Shown here: positions 8,721 to 18,427 of the stretch, one piece after another
Position numbering within the stretch: the stretch's first letter is position 1
Layout of the letters: each line of letters opens with the position of its first letter
The notes under the pieces: generated by a model
The model's input: only the letters and a program-made list of their open reading frames with translations
Database searches by the model: none
What the model was told of the DNA's origin: nothing
Made by a program: the position numbers and the translations under genes
Sequence record: OQ411014.1
Strand: one strand, 5' to 3'
DNA length: 64,000 nt

Positions 8721-9491
8721 ATGTTCAAAATATCATACTACTCACCTAAGTGTATAACTGAGCTTACACAGTCAGAGATTGATGGTATTGACTGGACTGA
8801 AATAGATCCACCAACAATGGATTCTATCCCAGAGGATTATCTACATCACGTCAAGAATCTTCCGATTCTCTTTGAAAAGAGAACACCTGGTACGGTCAGT
8901 GATGCGTGTCTTCGTAAGTTACTTCTCAAAAGCATGAAAGGACGTAGTACGTACTATCGTGATAGTATTTGTGAAAGTCTCTGTGACTGGGCTGGGCCAG
9001 AATTTAGTGCTAGAAATGTGACAATGTTTGCACGTTTCATGCGAACTGGACCAATGTGGAGAACTAAACTCTACCTTATGAAACATAACATCATTAGCCT
9101 AAATGTTTACAGAAGTACCAAATCATTGAGTTCTGCAAACATGGAAGAAGTGCTGAGTTCTGTACATGTCCCAGTGCAGGAAAAGTTTGAGTACTTACTG
9201 CATTCGAATTACATTTTCGACAAGTACAATATCATTGACGAATCGTGCTTATTCGTTCATAATAAGTATCTCATAGATTTGGGCCTACCACCAATAGTGG
9301 TTAACCCTAACTCCATGAACGAATATGAAGTACAAGAATGGAGTAATCTCGGATGTCTACAATGGGATGTTCTCCTTGATGCGTACCTTCGTGGAGAAAT
9401 CGCTCCAGAATATCTGTATGACATTCATATGATGTTCTTTGATGAAAATAGCATGAAAGATAGAACCTTCTATTTTCGTGATAATGAATAG
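8721..9491 (+). CDS. Hypothetical protein
   Basis: 256-aa ORF in the operon run. Confidence 0.8.
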   Translation: MFKISYYSPKCITELTQSEIDGIDWTEIDPPTMDSIPEDYLHHVKNLPILFEKRTPGTVSDACLRKLLLKSMKGRSTYYRDSICESLCDWAGPEFSARNVTMFARFMRTGPMWRTKLYLMKHNIISLNVYRSTKSLSSANMEEVLSSVHVPVQEKFEYLLHSNYIFDKYNIIDESCLFVHNKYLIDLGLPPIVVNPNSMNEYEVQEWSNLGCLQWDVLLDAYLRGEIAPEYLYDIHMMFFDENSMKDRTFYFRDNE

Positions 9492-9616
9492 AATAATACA
9501 GTACAGAAACTTTTCTGTACTTTTTAAGAAAAAAGAGTTGACACAGATTTCAGTACTGATATAATTACTACATCAAGAACGAACTAACTAAAACACTCAA
9601 ACATAGGATTAAAAAT

Positions 9617-9775
9617 ATGCCATATCTTCTGATTATTATCATTTCTTTCGGTGCAGGTATCTACAGTGGTAAAGTGATGTTTGAAAAAGAAATCACTGCT
9701 GGTGCTTGTTTGGACAACAGTACTAAGTCCATCGGAGAGAAGTATGATGATATTATGAAAATCATCAAAGAATAA
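9617..9775 (+). CDS. Small membrane-anchored protein (52 aa; not in ORF track)
   Basis: MPYLLIIIISFGAG...; AGGA RBS; TTGACA-16-TATAAT promoter at 9538-9565. Confidence 0.65.
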   Translation: MPYLLIIIISFGAGIYSGKVMFEKEITAGACLDNSTKSIGEKYDDIMKIIKE

Positions 9776-9802
9776 TTCTACACTATACAAAAGGAAACAA
9801 CT

Positions 9803-10126
9803 ATGAAAGCTCTACGTAACATTATCGCTTATGCAGTAATCTCTATGGGTATGACCTTTGCAGCACATGCAAACAGTTCTATCCTATGTGAATCGGAAAA
9901 TGGCAAACAGCACGTTATGAAACATAACAGTACTGTTATGACTGTTCACGGTGAAAACTTCAACTTTGAACAAACTGGCACTCTCAAGAGCGGTGCGGAT
10001 GTATTTGTTTACTGGAACCAAGAGCGTACTAAACTATTGGCGGTAACTTCTGCTGATAAGCAAACTATTGTTTATCAAATCATGGATAAGCGTCAACGTG
10101 TACTTGACATGGGTACTTGTAACTAA
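9803..10126 (+). CDS. Exported two-Cys protein
   Basis: Signal peptide ending AHA; ILC near mature start; C-terminal GTCN. Confidence 0.8.
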   Translation: MKALRNIIAYAVISMGMTFAAHANSSILCESENGKQHVMKHNSTVMTVHGENFNFEQTGTLKSGADVFVYWNQERTKLLAVTSADKQTIVYQIMDKRQRVLDMGTCN

Positions 10127-10186
10127 TATACTTTATGGGTGCATTAATATTGATGCACCTAAAACAACTAGCTCTGGAGTTTAGAT

Positions 10187-10492
10187 ATGATTGGTGTAAA
10201 TTGGAATATCATTGTATTATGTGTACCGTTGTTATTCATGACTATTGCAATGCTTGTCCGAATGTGGAAGCCCAGCATCACTGAAAAGGATATCGGATTC
10301 AATCCGCTGATTCAGCTACTCGACAATGTTTTATGTATGTGGGTAGTACTGGCATTCGTTTGGCTCTATGTATTCAATGAAGATTATCTAAACGCCAGAG
10401 CAGCACTGTATTCAATGATTGCACTTGGGTGGTTGTGGTTGACGTGCTTCACTATTCAAACTACAGTAAAGTTCTTTCAAAATAAGGGTTGA
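10187..10492 (+). CDS. Three-TM membrane protein
   Basis: 3 hydrophobic segments; GGAG RBS. Confidence 0.75.
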   Translation: MIGVNWNIIVLCVPLLFMTIAMLVRMWKPSITEKDIGFNPLIQLLDNVLCMWVVLAFVWLYVFNEDYLNARAALYSMIALGWLWLTCFTIQTTVKFFQNKG

Positions 10493-10510
10493 CTTCGGTC
10501 AACCTTTTTT
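10484..10510 (+). terminator. TTGAC-TTCG-GTC hairpin terminator
   Basis: AAGGGTTGAC-TTCG-GTCAACCTTT plus T-run; no good -10 in this copy. Confidence 0.75.
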
Positions 10511-10557
10511 GAGCCTAATTTTGGGAACTTGATCTAGATCAATGTACAGGAGTAGTA

Positions 10558-10884
10558 ATGAAAAAGATATTTTTCAGCACTTTAGTAGTACTGAGTTTGT
10601 TGTCTTTCAATGTTAGTGCTTTAGAGTGCATAGATGATGCCGATAATCATTACATCATTGAGCCAGGAGAAGAAGATTCAGTACTGATCAATAACACAGA
10701 GTTTTATAAACTCAATACGGAGGAATTCAAAGATACAGAGACAACCATTCATGATACTTGGTTACAGGATGAATCTGGAACCATTGCATTACTATCAGTA
10801 ATAACAACAAAGAAATCAAAAGAAGTTCAAACTAAACTGCACTTCGTCCAGGGAGATGAAATGTATAAGGGGATTTGTAAGTGA
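10558..10884 (+). CDS. Exported two-Cys protein
   Basis: Signal peptide ending VSA; LEC near mature start; C-terminal GICK. Confidence 0.8.
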   Translation: MKKIFFSTLVVLSLLSFNVSALECIDDADNHYIIEPGEEDSVLINNTEFYKLNTEEFKDTETTIHDTWLQDESGTIALLSVITTKKSKEVQTKLHFVQGDEMYKGICK

Positions 10885-11186
10885 ATACAACACGCGTCAT
10901 AAACTATGTCATGGCAGACATGAAACAAGCGTACGAAGATGCATACGTACGTTACTTAGGGAAAGAGGAAGTTATTGCGACGCGAGTATACCTTGCATAT
11001 GAGATGAGTTGTTCTACACACCCTTCACTGAATAGCAAAGAAAACGCTAAGTTATTTCGTAAAGTAATTATTGACCACTACCGTAAAAACGGGTATCATA
11101 TCCCTAGTGTTATGAAACTCTTCATGAATGTGATTCCTTCTAAGTATTCAGTTCATGGGGACTACGAGCCATTAACCTTAGAGTGA
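10881..11186 (+). CDS. Hypothetical protein
   Basis: 101 aa, GTGA overlap. Confidence 0.7.
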   Translation: MNTTRVINYVMADMKQAYEDAYVRYLGKEEVIATRVYLAYEMSCSTHPSLNSKENAKLFRKVIIDHYRKNGYHIPSVMKLFMNVIPSKYSVHGDYEPLTLE

Positions 11187-11192
11187 TAAACC

Positions 11193-11525
11193 ATGCAACT
11201 AAGAGAAGTACCATTAGTCCTGCCAGTACTGGCAAATTGTGTAGTACTGTTGATATTTGTATACGCATTCTTTGAATGTTTGTGTCACTTATATGTAACA
11301 GGAAGATACAGAAACAAGTTCTTTGAGTACTCAAGAGTAGACGTAATTGCTTCAACATATTGTACGTTACTGTCGAGTACTTTGGTATGTGCTTTCTGTG
11401 TTTATATATTACCGGACACATATTTCGCATTGACTATGTGGGCTATGATATCTAATGGTGCTGCTTTGATGTACCTGATATACATCGTGGACTACTGGAA
11501 TCTAAAAAGAACTAAACGTATATGA
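11193..11525 (+). CDS. Three-TM membrane protein
   Basis: 3 hydrophobic segments, basic tail. Confidence 0.7.
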   Translation: MQLREVPLVLPVLANCVVLLIFVYAFFECLCHLYVTGRYRNKFFEYSRVDVIASTYCTLLSSTLVCAFCVYILPDTYFALTMWAMISNGAALMYLIYIVDYWNLKRTKRI

Positions 11526-11647
11526 TTTTATTCTTTATTTTATGTAGTACTGTAGTGTATACTCTCTTCGCTCCAAAGAAATCTACTATACAGATCTTGA
11601 GCGAAGAGATTAATAAATCCAAATCTAAATCCAATAAGGAGAAGTAA

Positions 11648-11899
11648 ATGTCACTACTTGCTTTTGTAGTACAAATGCTCATTGCAGTTTTAGTCGTACT
11701 TCCAGTACTGATCGCGTTATTCCGTGCTAAACAGGGTGTGTTCTTCGCAACAATGGGCTTGACATTTGTTATCCCAGTTGGACACCAAATCATCTTTGGT
11801 TCTTACGCAAACATGAGCAATACTGTACTAATTGTATATGGTGTATGTTATGTTACAGCACTAGCCCTCGCAATCTTCACTGAAGCAGATAAAGGATAA
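11648..11899 (+). CDS. Small membrane protein
   Basis: Almost wholly hydrophobic; AAGGAG RBS. Confidence 0.75.
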   Translation: MSLLAFVVQMLIAVLVVLPVLIALFRAKQGVFFATMGLTFVIPVGHQIIFGSYANMSNTVLIVYGVCYVTALALAIFTEADKG

Positions 11900-11903
11900 G
11901 AAC

Positions 11904-12407
11904 ATGCAACTAGAAAATTGGTTAGGATGGACTATCGTAGTAATATGTGTAGTACTGATGTATGCCCCACTAGTGCTGGTATTCGTCAAAACTAAAACAA
12001 TCTCAATGCTGCTTCTGTCAATGGCAATCATTGCTGGTGCAGTAGGTGCACTCTTCGGTCAAGCATCTCCTAAAATCAGTGCAGTATTGATGGTAATGAT
12101 TTGGGTAGTGATGTTGTTCGTTTCTCTCAAACTCATTTGGGCTGAGAAGGCTCCAATGTTTGAAGCTGATGAAAAGGGTAAGCGATGGTTCCTGTACTGC
12201 TTGAGTCATGATTTACGTGTACGCATTACTGACGGAAAGATTGAGTACTATCTAGGTGAAGTAGTAACGCTTGACGAAATTCTAAAAGTGTATAAACTAT
12301 CAGAACAGAATCATAATGCATTACTTGACCAGATTGAAGCTGAAGAGTTCGCAGAACATCGTGAACAAATCAAGAAGGACTTAGCTGATTTGCGTTGTGC
12401 AAACTAA
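11904..12407 (+). CDS. Membrane protein with soluble C-terminal domain
   Basis: 3 N-terminal TM segments, charged C-terminus. Confidence 0.8.
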   Translation: MQLENWLGWTIVVICVVLMYAPLVLVFVKTKTISMLLLSMAIIAGAVGALFGQASPKISAVLMVMIWVVMLFVSLKLIWAEKAPMFEADEKGKRWFLYCLSHDLRVRITDGKIEYYLGEVVTLDEILKVYKLSEQNHNALLDQIEAEEFAEHREQIKKDLADLRCAN

Positions 12408-12461
12408 ACACTAGGGAACCGATGGGTTCCCTTTATTAATCCAACACACATAGAGAACAAA

Positions 12462-12761
12462 ATGAATTACATCTTATCTGTCATCTTCTTCAGTACTCTA
12501 ATTGCGTATTCAGTCAATTCTTATAAAGAGAACATTGCACCAGATATGTATGAGTGTACAATAAATGTACAGTACGATACAGTACTGAAGACTAAGAAAG
12601 ATACGTTCACATCCACACGTCTGAACGAGATTGTAGACCACGGTGGTGCAATGCTGGGTGTTCATGTAGAAGATATGAAAGAAGATTCAGATTCATATAA
12701 AGGTGTAGTACTGAAATATGAAGACGTAGTTGGTGGTAGTGTAGTGTGTAACAGAATATAA
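12462..12761 (+). CDS. Exported or anchored two-Cys protein
   Basis: Hydrophobic leader; only two Cys (YEC...VVCNRI). Confidence 0.7.
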   Translation: MNYILSVIFFSTLIAYSVNSYKENIAPDMYECTINVQYDTVLKTKKDTFTSTRLNEIVDHGGAMLGVHVEDMKEDSDSYKGVVLKYEDVVGGSVVCNRI

Positions 12762-12964
12762 AAAGAGGTACGAGTGATGAAAAAATGTACACTTTATGTA
12801 TTGGCTTTTAGTATCTTTGCTGTACTGACATATTTTTCATTTTCTATCAAAGAAAGTTCTTCCCTTTGGGTATTCGTTGTGTTAGAATTCTTTTCGTTGG
12901 CAGTGACAATGTTGTTCATCGAACTATATTGTCGTTACATTAAAACTTAAATGAGATACTAACC

Positions 12965-13600
12965 ATGACTAAACAAGATATTTTCAAAACTGTAATCAAT
13001 GCTCTTCGGTCTGAAGAAGTTCGTTGTATGATGGAATACAACATCAATAAAGCCACTGACGCTATCGTTCCTGTTATTGAAGCTGCTGGCCTGGTGTTCG
13101 TTGGTATTGGTATGTATTCTGTCGTTGTGGAGCATCCTAAGTACCCTGGACGTGTGTTTAAGGTTAGTACTTCACGTTGGGATGGTTTCCGTGAGTACGC
13201 TAAGTACTGCAAAGATAACAGCAACAAACCATTTGTACCTGCTATCTATAGTGCTGAAGTTAAAGGTAACTTCGCATGGTATGAGATGGACAAATACTTC
13301 TCAATCATGAAGGCTGATGAATCTGATTTCGTAAGCAACAAAGCAGATGAAATGTATTCCTTTGCTAATGCTGGTCAGTACGGTTCATCTCTTCGTGAAG
13401 AGATGGATGTACAACAGGATCGTATGGATATCTACAACTTCGCTAAGGAGTTAGAAAGTGCATACGGTTCGCGTTTCACGCTGGACATTCACACTGGCAA
13501 TATCATGATGGATGTATTCGGTAACTTCTTTATCACTGACCCACTTGCTGGTGATTTACGCCGCGAGATTCCAGTACTGGAAGAAGATCCAGTATTCTAA
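12965..13600 (+). CDS. Protein kinase, T7 gp0.7-like
   Basis: GIGMYSVV loop, HPKYPGRVFKV (Lys), DIHTGNIMM catalytic loop and ITDP; same motif order as the T7 0.7 kinase domain (GNGHFS, HP..PNRVIKV, DMHSGNIM, ITDP). Confidence 0.85.
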   Translation: MTKQDIFKTVINALRSEEVRCMMEYNINKATDAIVPVIEAAGLVFVGIGMYSVVVEHPKYPGRVFKVSTSRWDGFREYAKYCKDNSNKPFVPAIYSAEVKGNFAWYEMDKYFSIMKADESDFVSNKADEMYSFANAGQYGSSLREEMDVQQDRMDIYNFAKELESAYGSRFTLDIHTGNIMMDVFGNFFITDPLAGDLRREIPVLEEDPVF

Positions 13601-13609
13601 GGAGATATA

Positions 13610-13903
13610 ATGAAAGGTGCATTATTAGTAATTTTTGGAATGATTTTGATTTATTTTAGTGTTGACAAGTACACACAAAAGTCTGTACAATCAGTACCAG
13701 AAGCCCAAGAGACTTCACCAGTTCAGGAGCCACCAGCACCGGAACCTAAGTCCCAAGAGCAAGTACAAAACGAATACTACGCACATCACGTGTATCGTTT
13801 TAAAGATGACAAGTACAAAGTTATTTGCTGGCGTATCATGAATATGAACCATGCAGGTTTATCTTGTCTCCCTGAACATTTGGTAAACGAAAGGACCGAA
13901 TAA
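13610..13903 (+). CDS. Membrane-anchored hypothetical protein
   Basis: N-terminal TM, Pro/Glu-rich linker, two-Cys C-terminal domain. Confidence 0.75.
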   Translation: MKGALLVIFGMILIYFSVDKYTQKSVQSVPEAQETSPVQEPPAPEPKSQEQVQNEYYAHHVYRFKDDKYKVICWRIMNMNHAGLSCLPEHLVNERTE

Positions 13904-14235
13904 TGAATATCATTTATCCTAACACAAGCACCAATTTTGATGACGTTGTAAGTGTTCTGAACAATAACAGTACTGTAACAATTCAGTTTCAGTTATCACC
14001 AAGTACTGGTCTTCTTGTGAAGAAAGAAGTATCCAAATACGTTGGCTATGAAAACCAAACTGTAATTGAAGTTTCGTTCTATGAAGATGATGCATCTGTG
14101 TTCGGTCGCATGTCATCTGGTACTGAAATTCATGCAGCAGATGAAGCACTATTAGTAGTGCGTGCACTAAAGGAACGCTTGGCTTCAACGTCACCAAGCG
14201 ATGTCAGTTCTATCTCTCTAGCTCGCGTGTGGTAA
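13903..14235 (+). CDS. Hypothetical protein
   Basis: 110 aa, coupled start. Confidence 0.7.
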   Translation: MNIIYPNTSTNFDDVVSVLNNNSTVTIQFQLSPSTGLLVKKEVSKYVGYENQTVIEVSFYEDDASVFGRMSSGTEIHAADEALLVVRALKERLASTSPSDVSSISLARVW

Positions 14236-14240
14236 ACGAA

Positions 14241-14543
14241 ATGAAACAGGTTATTATTGCAACGTTTGTATTTTTACTATTCACTCCAGTAACTTATGCT
14301 GGTATCAATCTGGATTGTGTACTCACTAATTCATCTGGTGCAAAGATGCAGATCAATACCAGACAGACCTTTGGTGAATCTTATATTGAGTCAGATGCTT
14401 ATATCAACTTCAAAGCAGTGGACTTTGTTGAAGGCTCGTTCATCAACTCCAACATGGTACTGGATAAGATTACTCTCAAGGGAGTGTTCAGTACTCAAAA
14501 GGATAACGGTAAAACCCATCACGCAATGGTAGATTGTAACTAA
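14241..14543 (+). CDS. Exported two-Cys protein
   Basis: Start moved to MKQVII; signal peptide ending TYA; LDC and C-terminal VDCN. Confidence 0.75.
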   Translation: MKQVIIATFVFLLFTPVTYAGINLDCVLTNSSGAKMQINTRQTFGESYIESDAYINFKAVDFVEGSFINSNMVLDKITLKGVFSTQKDNGKTHHAMVDCN

Positions 14544-14638
14544 GAGGAAAGCTAAGTTATGACGTACTTATCTATTGCAGTTGTTGTATTTTTAGTTTTA
14601 GTCGTTTGTGCATTTGGGTATCTCATGACTAAAGGTGA

Positions 14639-14833
14639 TTGAATGTGAAATACATATTAGTCCTACTAGTATTATTCACTACATGCACAAATGCTAGTGC
14701 ATTGAAGGAGCAGAAATTCTTTGTATCCTTCTTTGCACCAGTACAAACGAAGCACATTAAATGGACGTATAATTCAAATCTACTAGAGTTGAATGAGCAC
14801 AGGATTGGATTCGTTATCAATTACGTGTGGTGA
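14639..14833 (+). CDS. Small hypothetical protein
   Basis: 64 aa with hydrophobic leader. Confidence 0.45.
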   Translation: MNVKYILVLLVLFTTCTNASALKEQKFFVSFFAPVQTKHIKWTYNSNLLELNEHRIGFVINYVW

Positions 14834-14856
14834 ATAACAATTCAGTACTGAAGAAT

Positions 14857-14890
14857 GGGTTGACTTAGGTCAGCCCTTTTGTTATAAATA
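14857..14890 (+). promoter_or_regulatory. Terminator hairpin followed by T4-type late promoter TATAAATA
   Basis: GGGTTGAC-TTAG-GTCAGCCC-T4, then exact TATAAATA at 14883-14890. Confidence 0.75.
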
Positions 14891-14935
14891 ACGGTATAGA
14901 AAAACACTATATGAAATCTATGGAGAGAAATCAAA

Positions 14936-16456
14936 ATGCCAAATGATATGAAACACAAGAATGGTGCATTAGTACAACACTCTGACAAATGGAGTGAAGC
15001 TAATCGTCGTAAGAATTCACACAACGCAGGCCAAGGATCTCGTGGCTCTCGCAATCAGGGGACTGGTGAAGCTGGTAAAGCTAATACAGTTGCTTCTGGT
15101 GGTATGGACACTTCCAATATGTCTCAACATGAGAAACTAAAGTACTTCAACAGTTTAGGACTCCTAAACCCTACACAGAAGAAGCAATTACAAGACATGG
15201 ACGCTGCTGCATCTGCACCAAAAGAACAGCCACAGCAAGCTCCTAAAGCTGCTCCTGCTGGTAATCCTGTCAAAGAGCTATCTGATAACTTAGGTCGTAT
15301 CTTTGCACAGAAGCCTAATCTAATTCAAGGTATTGTAAAAGAACTACAAGCAGTACCGAAGGAAGAGCTAAAGAGTAAAGCACAAGCTGTACTTGATGCT
15401 ATGAAAGGCAATCGCAGTACTGAACCAACCGAAGTATTCAGTACTATCATGCGTGCACTTCAAGCTAAACCACAAGCTGCTCCAGCACAGAAAGCACCTA
15501 AGATGGACAGTGCACAGGACATGTCAGATTTGTTTGGTAAAGTTGGTGCTGAAGGTAAGAACAACGCACAACAAGTCAAGAACGTCCAAGCTAAGATTAT
15601 TGATCGTTTAGGTGATAATCAAGACAAGACTAAGCGGGCATTTGACGCATTGAACAAAGCACTTGAATCTTATGTTCCTGGTGAGAAAGACAAGTTCCAG
15701 ACCATCATGAACGCAGTCTTTGGTGAAATGAAGAAGTACGAAGCAGAGCACGGTGAGAAGGTATCATCTGATGGCTATATGATTCGTAAAGACGAAGAAG
15801 GTGCAGTAGACCAGAAAGATGCTCCTAAAGAGCAAGAAGACCTACCTGATACAGTTGATATGGATGGTTACATTTCTCGTCCAGATGAATATGACTTCGG
15901 TTCAGACAAAGAAGGTTATGAGTATGCTATGGACATTTATCGTTTCCTAGCTAAGAACTATGATTATGCTAACAAGTACGTAGATCAGTTTGTCAGTGCT
16001 TGGGATAATTACAAAGATAAAGGTTATGACTTCCCTGCGGAAGCTGCATTCTTTGAGTTAGGTAAACTACTCCAGAAAGATGGTGTAGAGATTGGCTCGA
16101 AAGAAGATACTTCTAGTCTAGATGCAGAATTGGCAAAAGACCGTCAAATGACACCAGGTTCTAAAGCTGAATTGAATAAGCTCCTATCATGGATTGTTGA
16201 CATTGGTAAAAATGCTGGTAAAGATAACAAGAGTATCAACCGCAGTATTTCTTGGATCAATAATAAAATTGATAACAACGGGCGTAAGCTACAGAAAGCA
16301 TGGAGTGATTTAGTCAATGGTGCAGATGAGATCGATATTGATTCTCCTGAAGCATATGAGTATGCGATGACGACTCTAGACAATTCCTTCCAGGACTATG
16401 AAAATGGTAATCTAACTGCTAGTGAACAAGACATCATGCGTTCACACGGAAAATAA
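14936..16456 (+). CDS. Large charged low-complexity protein, probably late-expressed (virion-internal candidate)
   Basis: 506 aa, K/E/D/Q/A-rich; GGAG RBS; follows TATAAATA. Confidence 0.75.
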   Translation: MPNDMKHKNGALVQHSDKWSEANRRKNSHNAGQGSRGSRNQGTGEAGKANTVASGGMDTSNMSQHEKLKYFNSLGLLNPTQKKQLQDMDAAASAPKEQPQQAPKAAPAGNPVKELSDNLGRIFAQKPNLIQGIVKELQAVPKEELKSKAQAVLDAMKGNRSTEPTEVFSTIMRALQAKPQAAPAQKAPKMDSAQDMSDLFGKVGAEGKNNAQQVKNVQAKIIDRLGDNQDKTKRAFDALNKALESYVPGEKDKFQTIMNAVFGEMKKYEAEHGEKVSSDGYMIRKDEEGAVDQKDAPKEQEDLPDTVDMDGYISRPDEYDFGSDKEGYEYAMDIYRFLAKNYDYANKYVDQFVSAWDNYKDKGYDFPAEAAFFELGKLLQKDGVEIGSKEDTSSLDAELAKDRQMTPGSKAELNKLLSWIVDIGKNAGKDNKSINRSISWINNKIDNNGRKLQKAWSDLVNGADEIDIDSPEAYEYAMTTLDNSFQDYENGNLTASEQDIMRSHGK

Positions 16457-16464
16457 GTAAAAAT

Positions 16465-16498
16465 AAGGGTTGACATATGTCATCCCTTTTTGTATCCT
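16465..16498 (+). promoter_or_regulatory. Fused terminator/promoter element
   Basis: GGGTTGACA-TA-TGTCATCCC-T5; TTGACA-17-TATCCT. Confidence 0.7.
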
Positions 16499-16535
16499 AT
16501 CAGTACTGAATTAATCCCAACTAAGGTGACAAAAC

Positions 16536-16856
16536 ATGGAACTCAAACAATACGACGCAGCAATCGAATTTATGGGTTATACTGAAGAGTACCCAAATGA
16601 CTTCATCTATAAGCACGATGTAGGGCGTGATCATTCAATTTATTTCATTCAGCATAAACAAACTGGTGTACGCATTGGTGTGAATGATACATATTCTGTA
16701 GCGAAGAACTTTTCTTCCTTCAATCATGTAAATTCAACTGTAGCAAAGAATGTTGTTGACACAGTACGCAAATTCATAGAGAATGAACGTCATCAGGAAT
16801 CAGTTTCCTCCGACAACGCAAGCCTTATGAAAGTGTTTGCTCACTATAAACTCTAA
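16536..16856 (+). CDS. Hypothetical protein
   Basis: 106 aa; AAGGT RBS. Confidence 0.75.
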   Translation: MELKQYDAAIEFMGYTEEYPNDFIYKHDVGRDHSIYFIQHKQTGVRIGVNDTYSVAKNFSSFNHVNSTVAKNVVDTVRKFIENERHQESVSSDNASLMKVFAHYKL

Positions 16857-17170
16857 TGCTGAGACTAATCATGACTAATCCACAATCTGATTTTGATATT
16901 GAAGTGTATGTAGGTTCTAATGTGTACCCTGAAATCTTGTCAGATGTACAGGAACTGAAAGGTACAAGTTCAGTACTGCACTTTGAAGAACTTTGCGTGA
17001 AGTACGGTTCTATGGGTGATAAAGAGTTTATTGCATTCTACATGGAAGCGAGAAACTTGAAGTTTTTAGATGGTTCATATTTCAAAGTACAAGAAACAGT
17101 CGCAGCAGACTATTCAAAGAAATATGAAAGTTCAATCATTGACTTGTATAAAAAGTACGGAATCTTATAA
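16856..17170 (+). CDS. Hypothetical protein
   Basis: 104 aa, coupled start. Confidence 0.75.
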   Translation: MLRLIMTNPQSDFDIEVYVGSNVYPEILSDVQELKGTSSVLHFEELCVKYGSMGDKEFIAFYMEARNLKFLDGSYFKVQETVAADYSKKYESSIIDLYKKYGIL

Positions 17171-17179
17171 GGAACTCCA

Positions 17180-17557
17180 ATGCGTGTATCATATAAAGTA
17201 ACTGAATTCAACAAAGATTTGTTAGTACGTTCTATGTTTGAAGATGCGAAATCATTCAAGTACTTCAAAATTGGATTAGATGCGTGTATTGAGATTCAGA
17301 AGTTGATAGATGCTGGATATATCATCATGGATAATGGTGAACCTATTCCACGGCATTATGAGTTCAAGATTGCATTTGACTCATTCGATTCAGTGCTTAG
17401 TATGCCGCGACTGGGACCAGATGGGGTTATGTGGTTAGGTTCAACTATGGGTAACATTGAAGATACTGTGTTTGTGTATAAGAAAGAACTCAACGAAGCA
17501 TTTGGTAAACTTTCTTACATCAAGCCAGAAGACCAATGTAAACTGAAATTTATTTGA
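17180..17557 (+). CDS. Hypothetical protein
   Basis: 125 aa; AAGGA RBS. Confidence 0.75.
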   Translation: MRVSYKVTEFNKDLLVRSMFEDAKSFKYFKIGLDACIEIQKLIDAGYIIMDNGEPIPRHYEFKIAFDSFDSVLSMPRLGPDGVMWLGSTMGNIEDTVFVYKKELNEAFGKLSYIKPEDQCKLKFI

Positions 17558-17564
17558 GGTATGT

Positions 17565-17897
17565 ATGTTAGTATATAATTACTTCAGTTTTATAATCTTC
17601 ATGATGTTTTCGCTTTATATCATCATGGGTAACGTTGCGTGTTTCTTGAAGCATTATAAACTCGCAAACAGATGGTTTATGATGACAAATCCTTGCTTCC
17701 CGAATTTCTGTGCATTTATATCTGGGATTTTAGTACTGGTAGATTTGTTCTTGGGTATCTCATCGGAACAACCATGCTTCTCTGCGGTAGCGATGACATT
17801 TTTGCTCGTTGCAACAGTCCTGGGTATTGTGTTTATCATCTGTACAGTACTGATAGAGTTGATTAGTGATTGGCGACGAAAGTGGCCTGAACAATAA
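17565..17897 (+). CDS. Three-TM membrane protein
   Basis: 3 hydrophobic segments; GAGGT RBS. Confidence 0.75.
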   Translation: MLVYNYFSFIIFMMFSLYIIMGNVACFLKHYKLANRWFMMTNPCFPNFCAFISGILVLVDLFLGISSEQPCFSAVAMTFLLVATVLGIVFIICTVLIELISDWRRKWPEQ

Positions 17898-17903
17898 CAT
17901 CAT

Positions 17904-17939
17904 AAAAGGGTTGACTTCGGTCAGCCCTTTCTGTATTAT
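17904..17939 (+). promoter_or_regulatory. Fused terminator/promoter element
   Basis: GGGTTGAC-TTCG-GTCAGCCC-TTT; TTGACT-17-TATTAT. Confidence 0.8.
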
Positions 17940-17966
17940 ACATACATCAACTGAGAGGATAATTAA

Positions 17967-18395
17967 ATGCGTGTATTTCGTTTTGAATTAAAATATTCTA
18001 TTCTTGAAGGTAAGTACAACTCTATCATTACTGGTATGGGACCATTCACATGGTACTACAAAGATTACAGTACTGAAGCTGGCTACCGTGCACTTGAAAT
18101 GAAAACGCTTGAAGAGTGTCAACCAGAGCCAGAGGATGATGGTATTCATGCTATTAAGAACGGATGGGCTTTTGGGTGTGACTCACTGGAATCGCTGTAT
18201 GAGTTCTTTAATGCTGATATCCAGGCTTTGAGTGCTGCTGGGTTTGCAGTGTCTGAATATGAAGTTCCTTATCAGCACGTAGACATTGGTCTACATCAAG
18301 TACAGTACTACAAAAAGAGTGCACAATTGCTAGCTATCCATGATGTGAATGAAATATTCAAATCAGTACTTGACAATTGTACTGTTCAGTACTAA
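17967..18395 (+). CDS. Hypothetical protein (possible ADP-ribosyltransferase-like fold)
   Basis: 142 aa; VFRFE...GPF...FGCDS...QV pattern; fold call is weak. Confidence 0.6.
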   Translation: MRVFRFELKYSILEGKYNSIITGMGPFTWYYKDYSTEAGYRALEMKTLEECQPEPEDDGIHAIKNGWAFGCDSLESLYEFFNADIQALSAAGFAVSEYEVPYQHVDIGLHQVQYYKKSAQLLAIHDVNEIFKSVLDNCTVQY

Positions 18396-18427
18396 ACTAT
18401 ATCTAACTTAACAGAGGAATCAAACAA

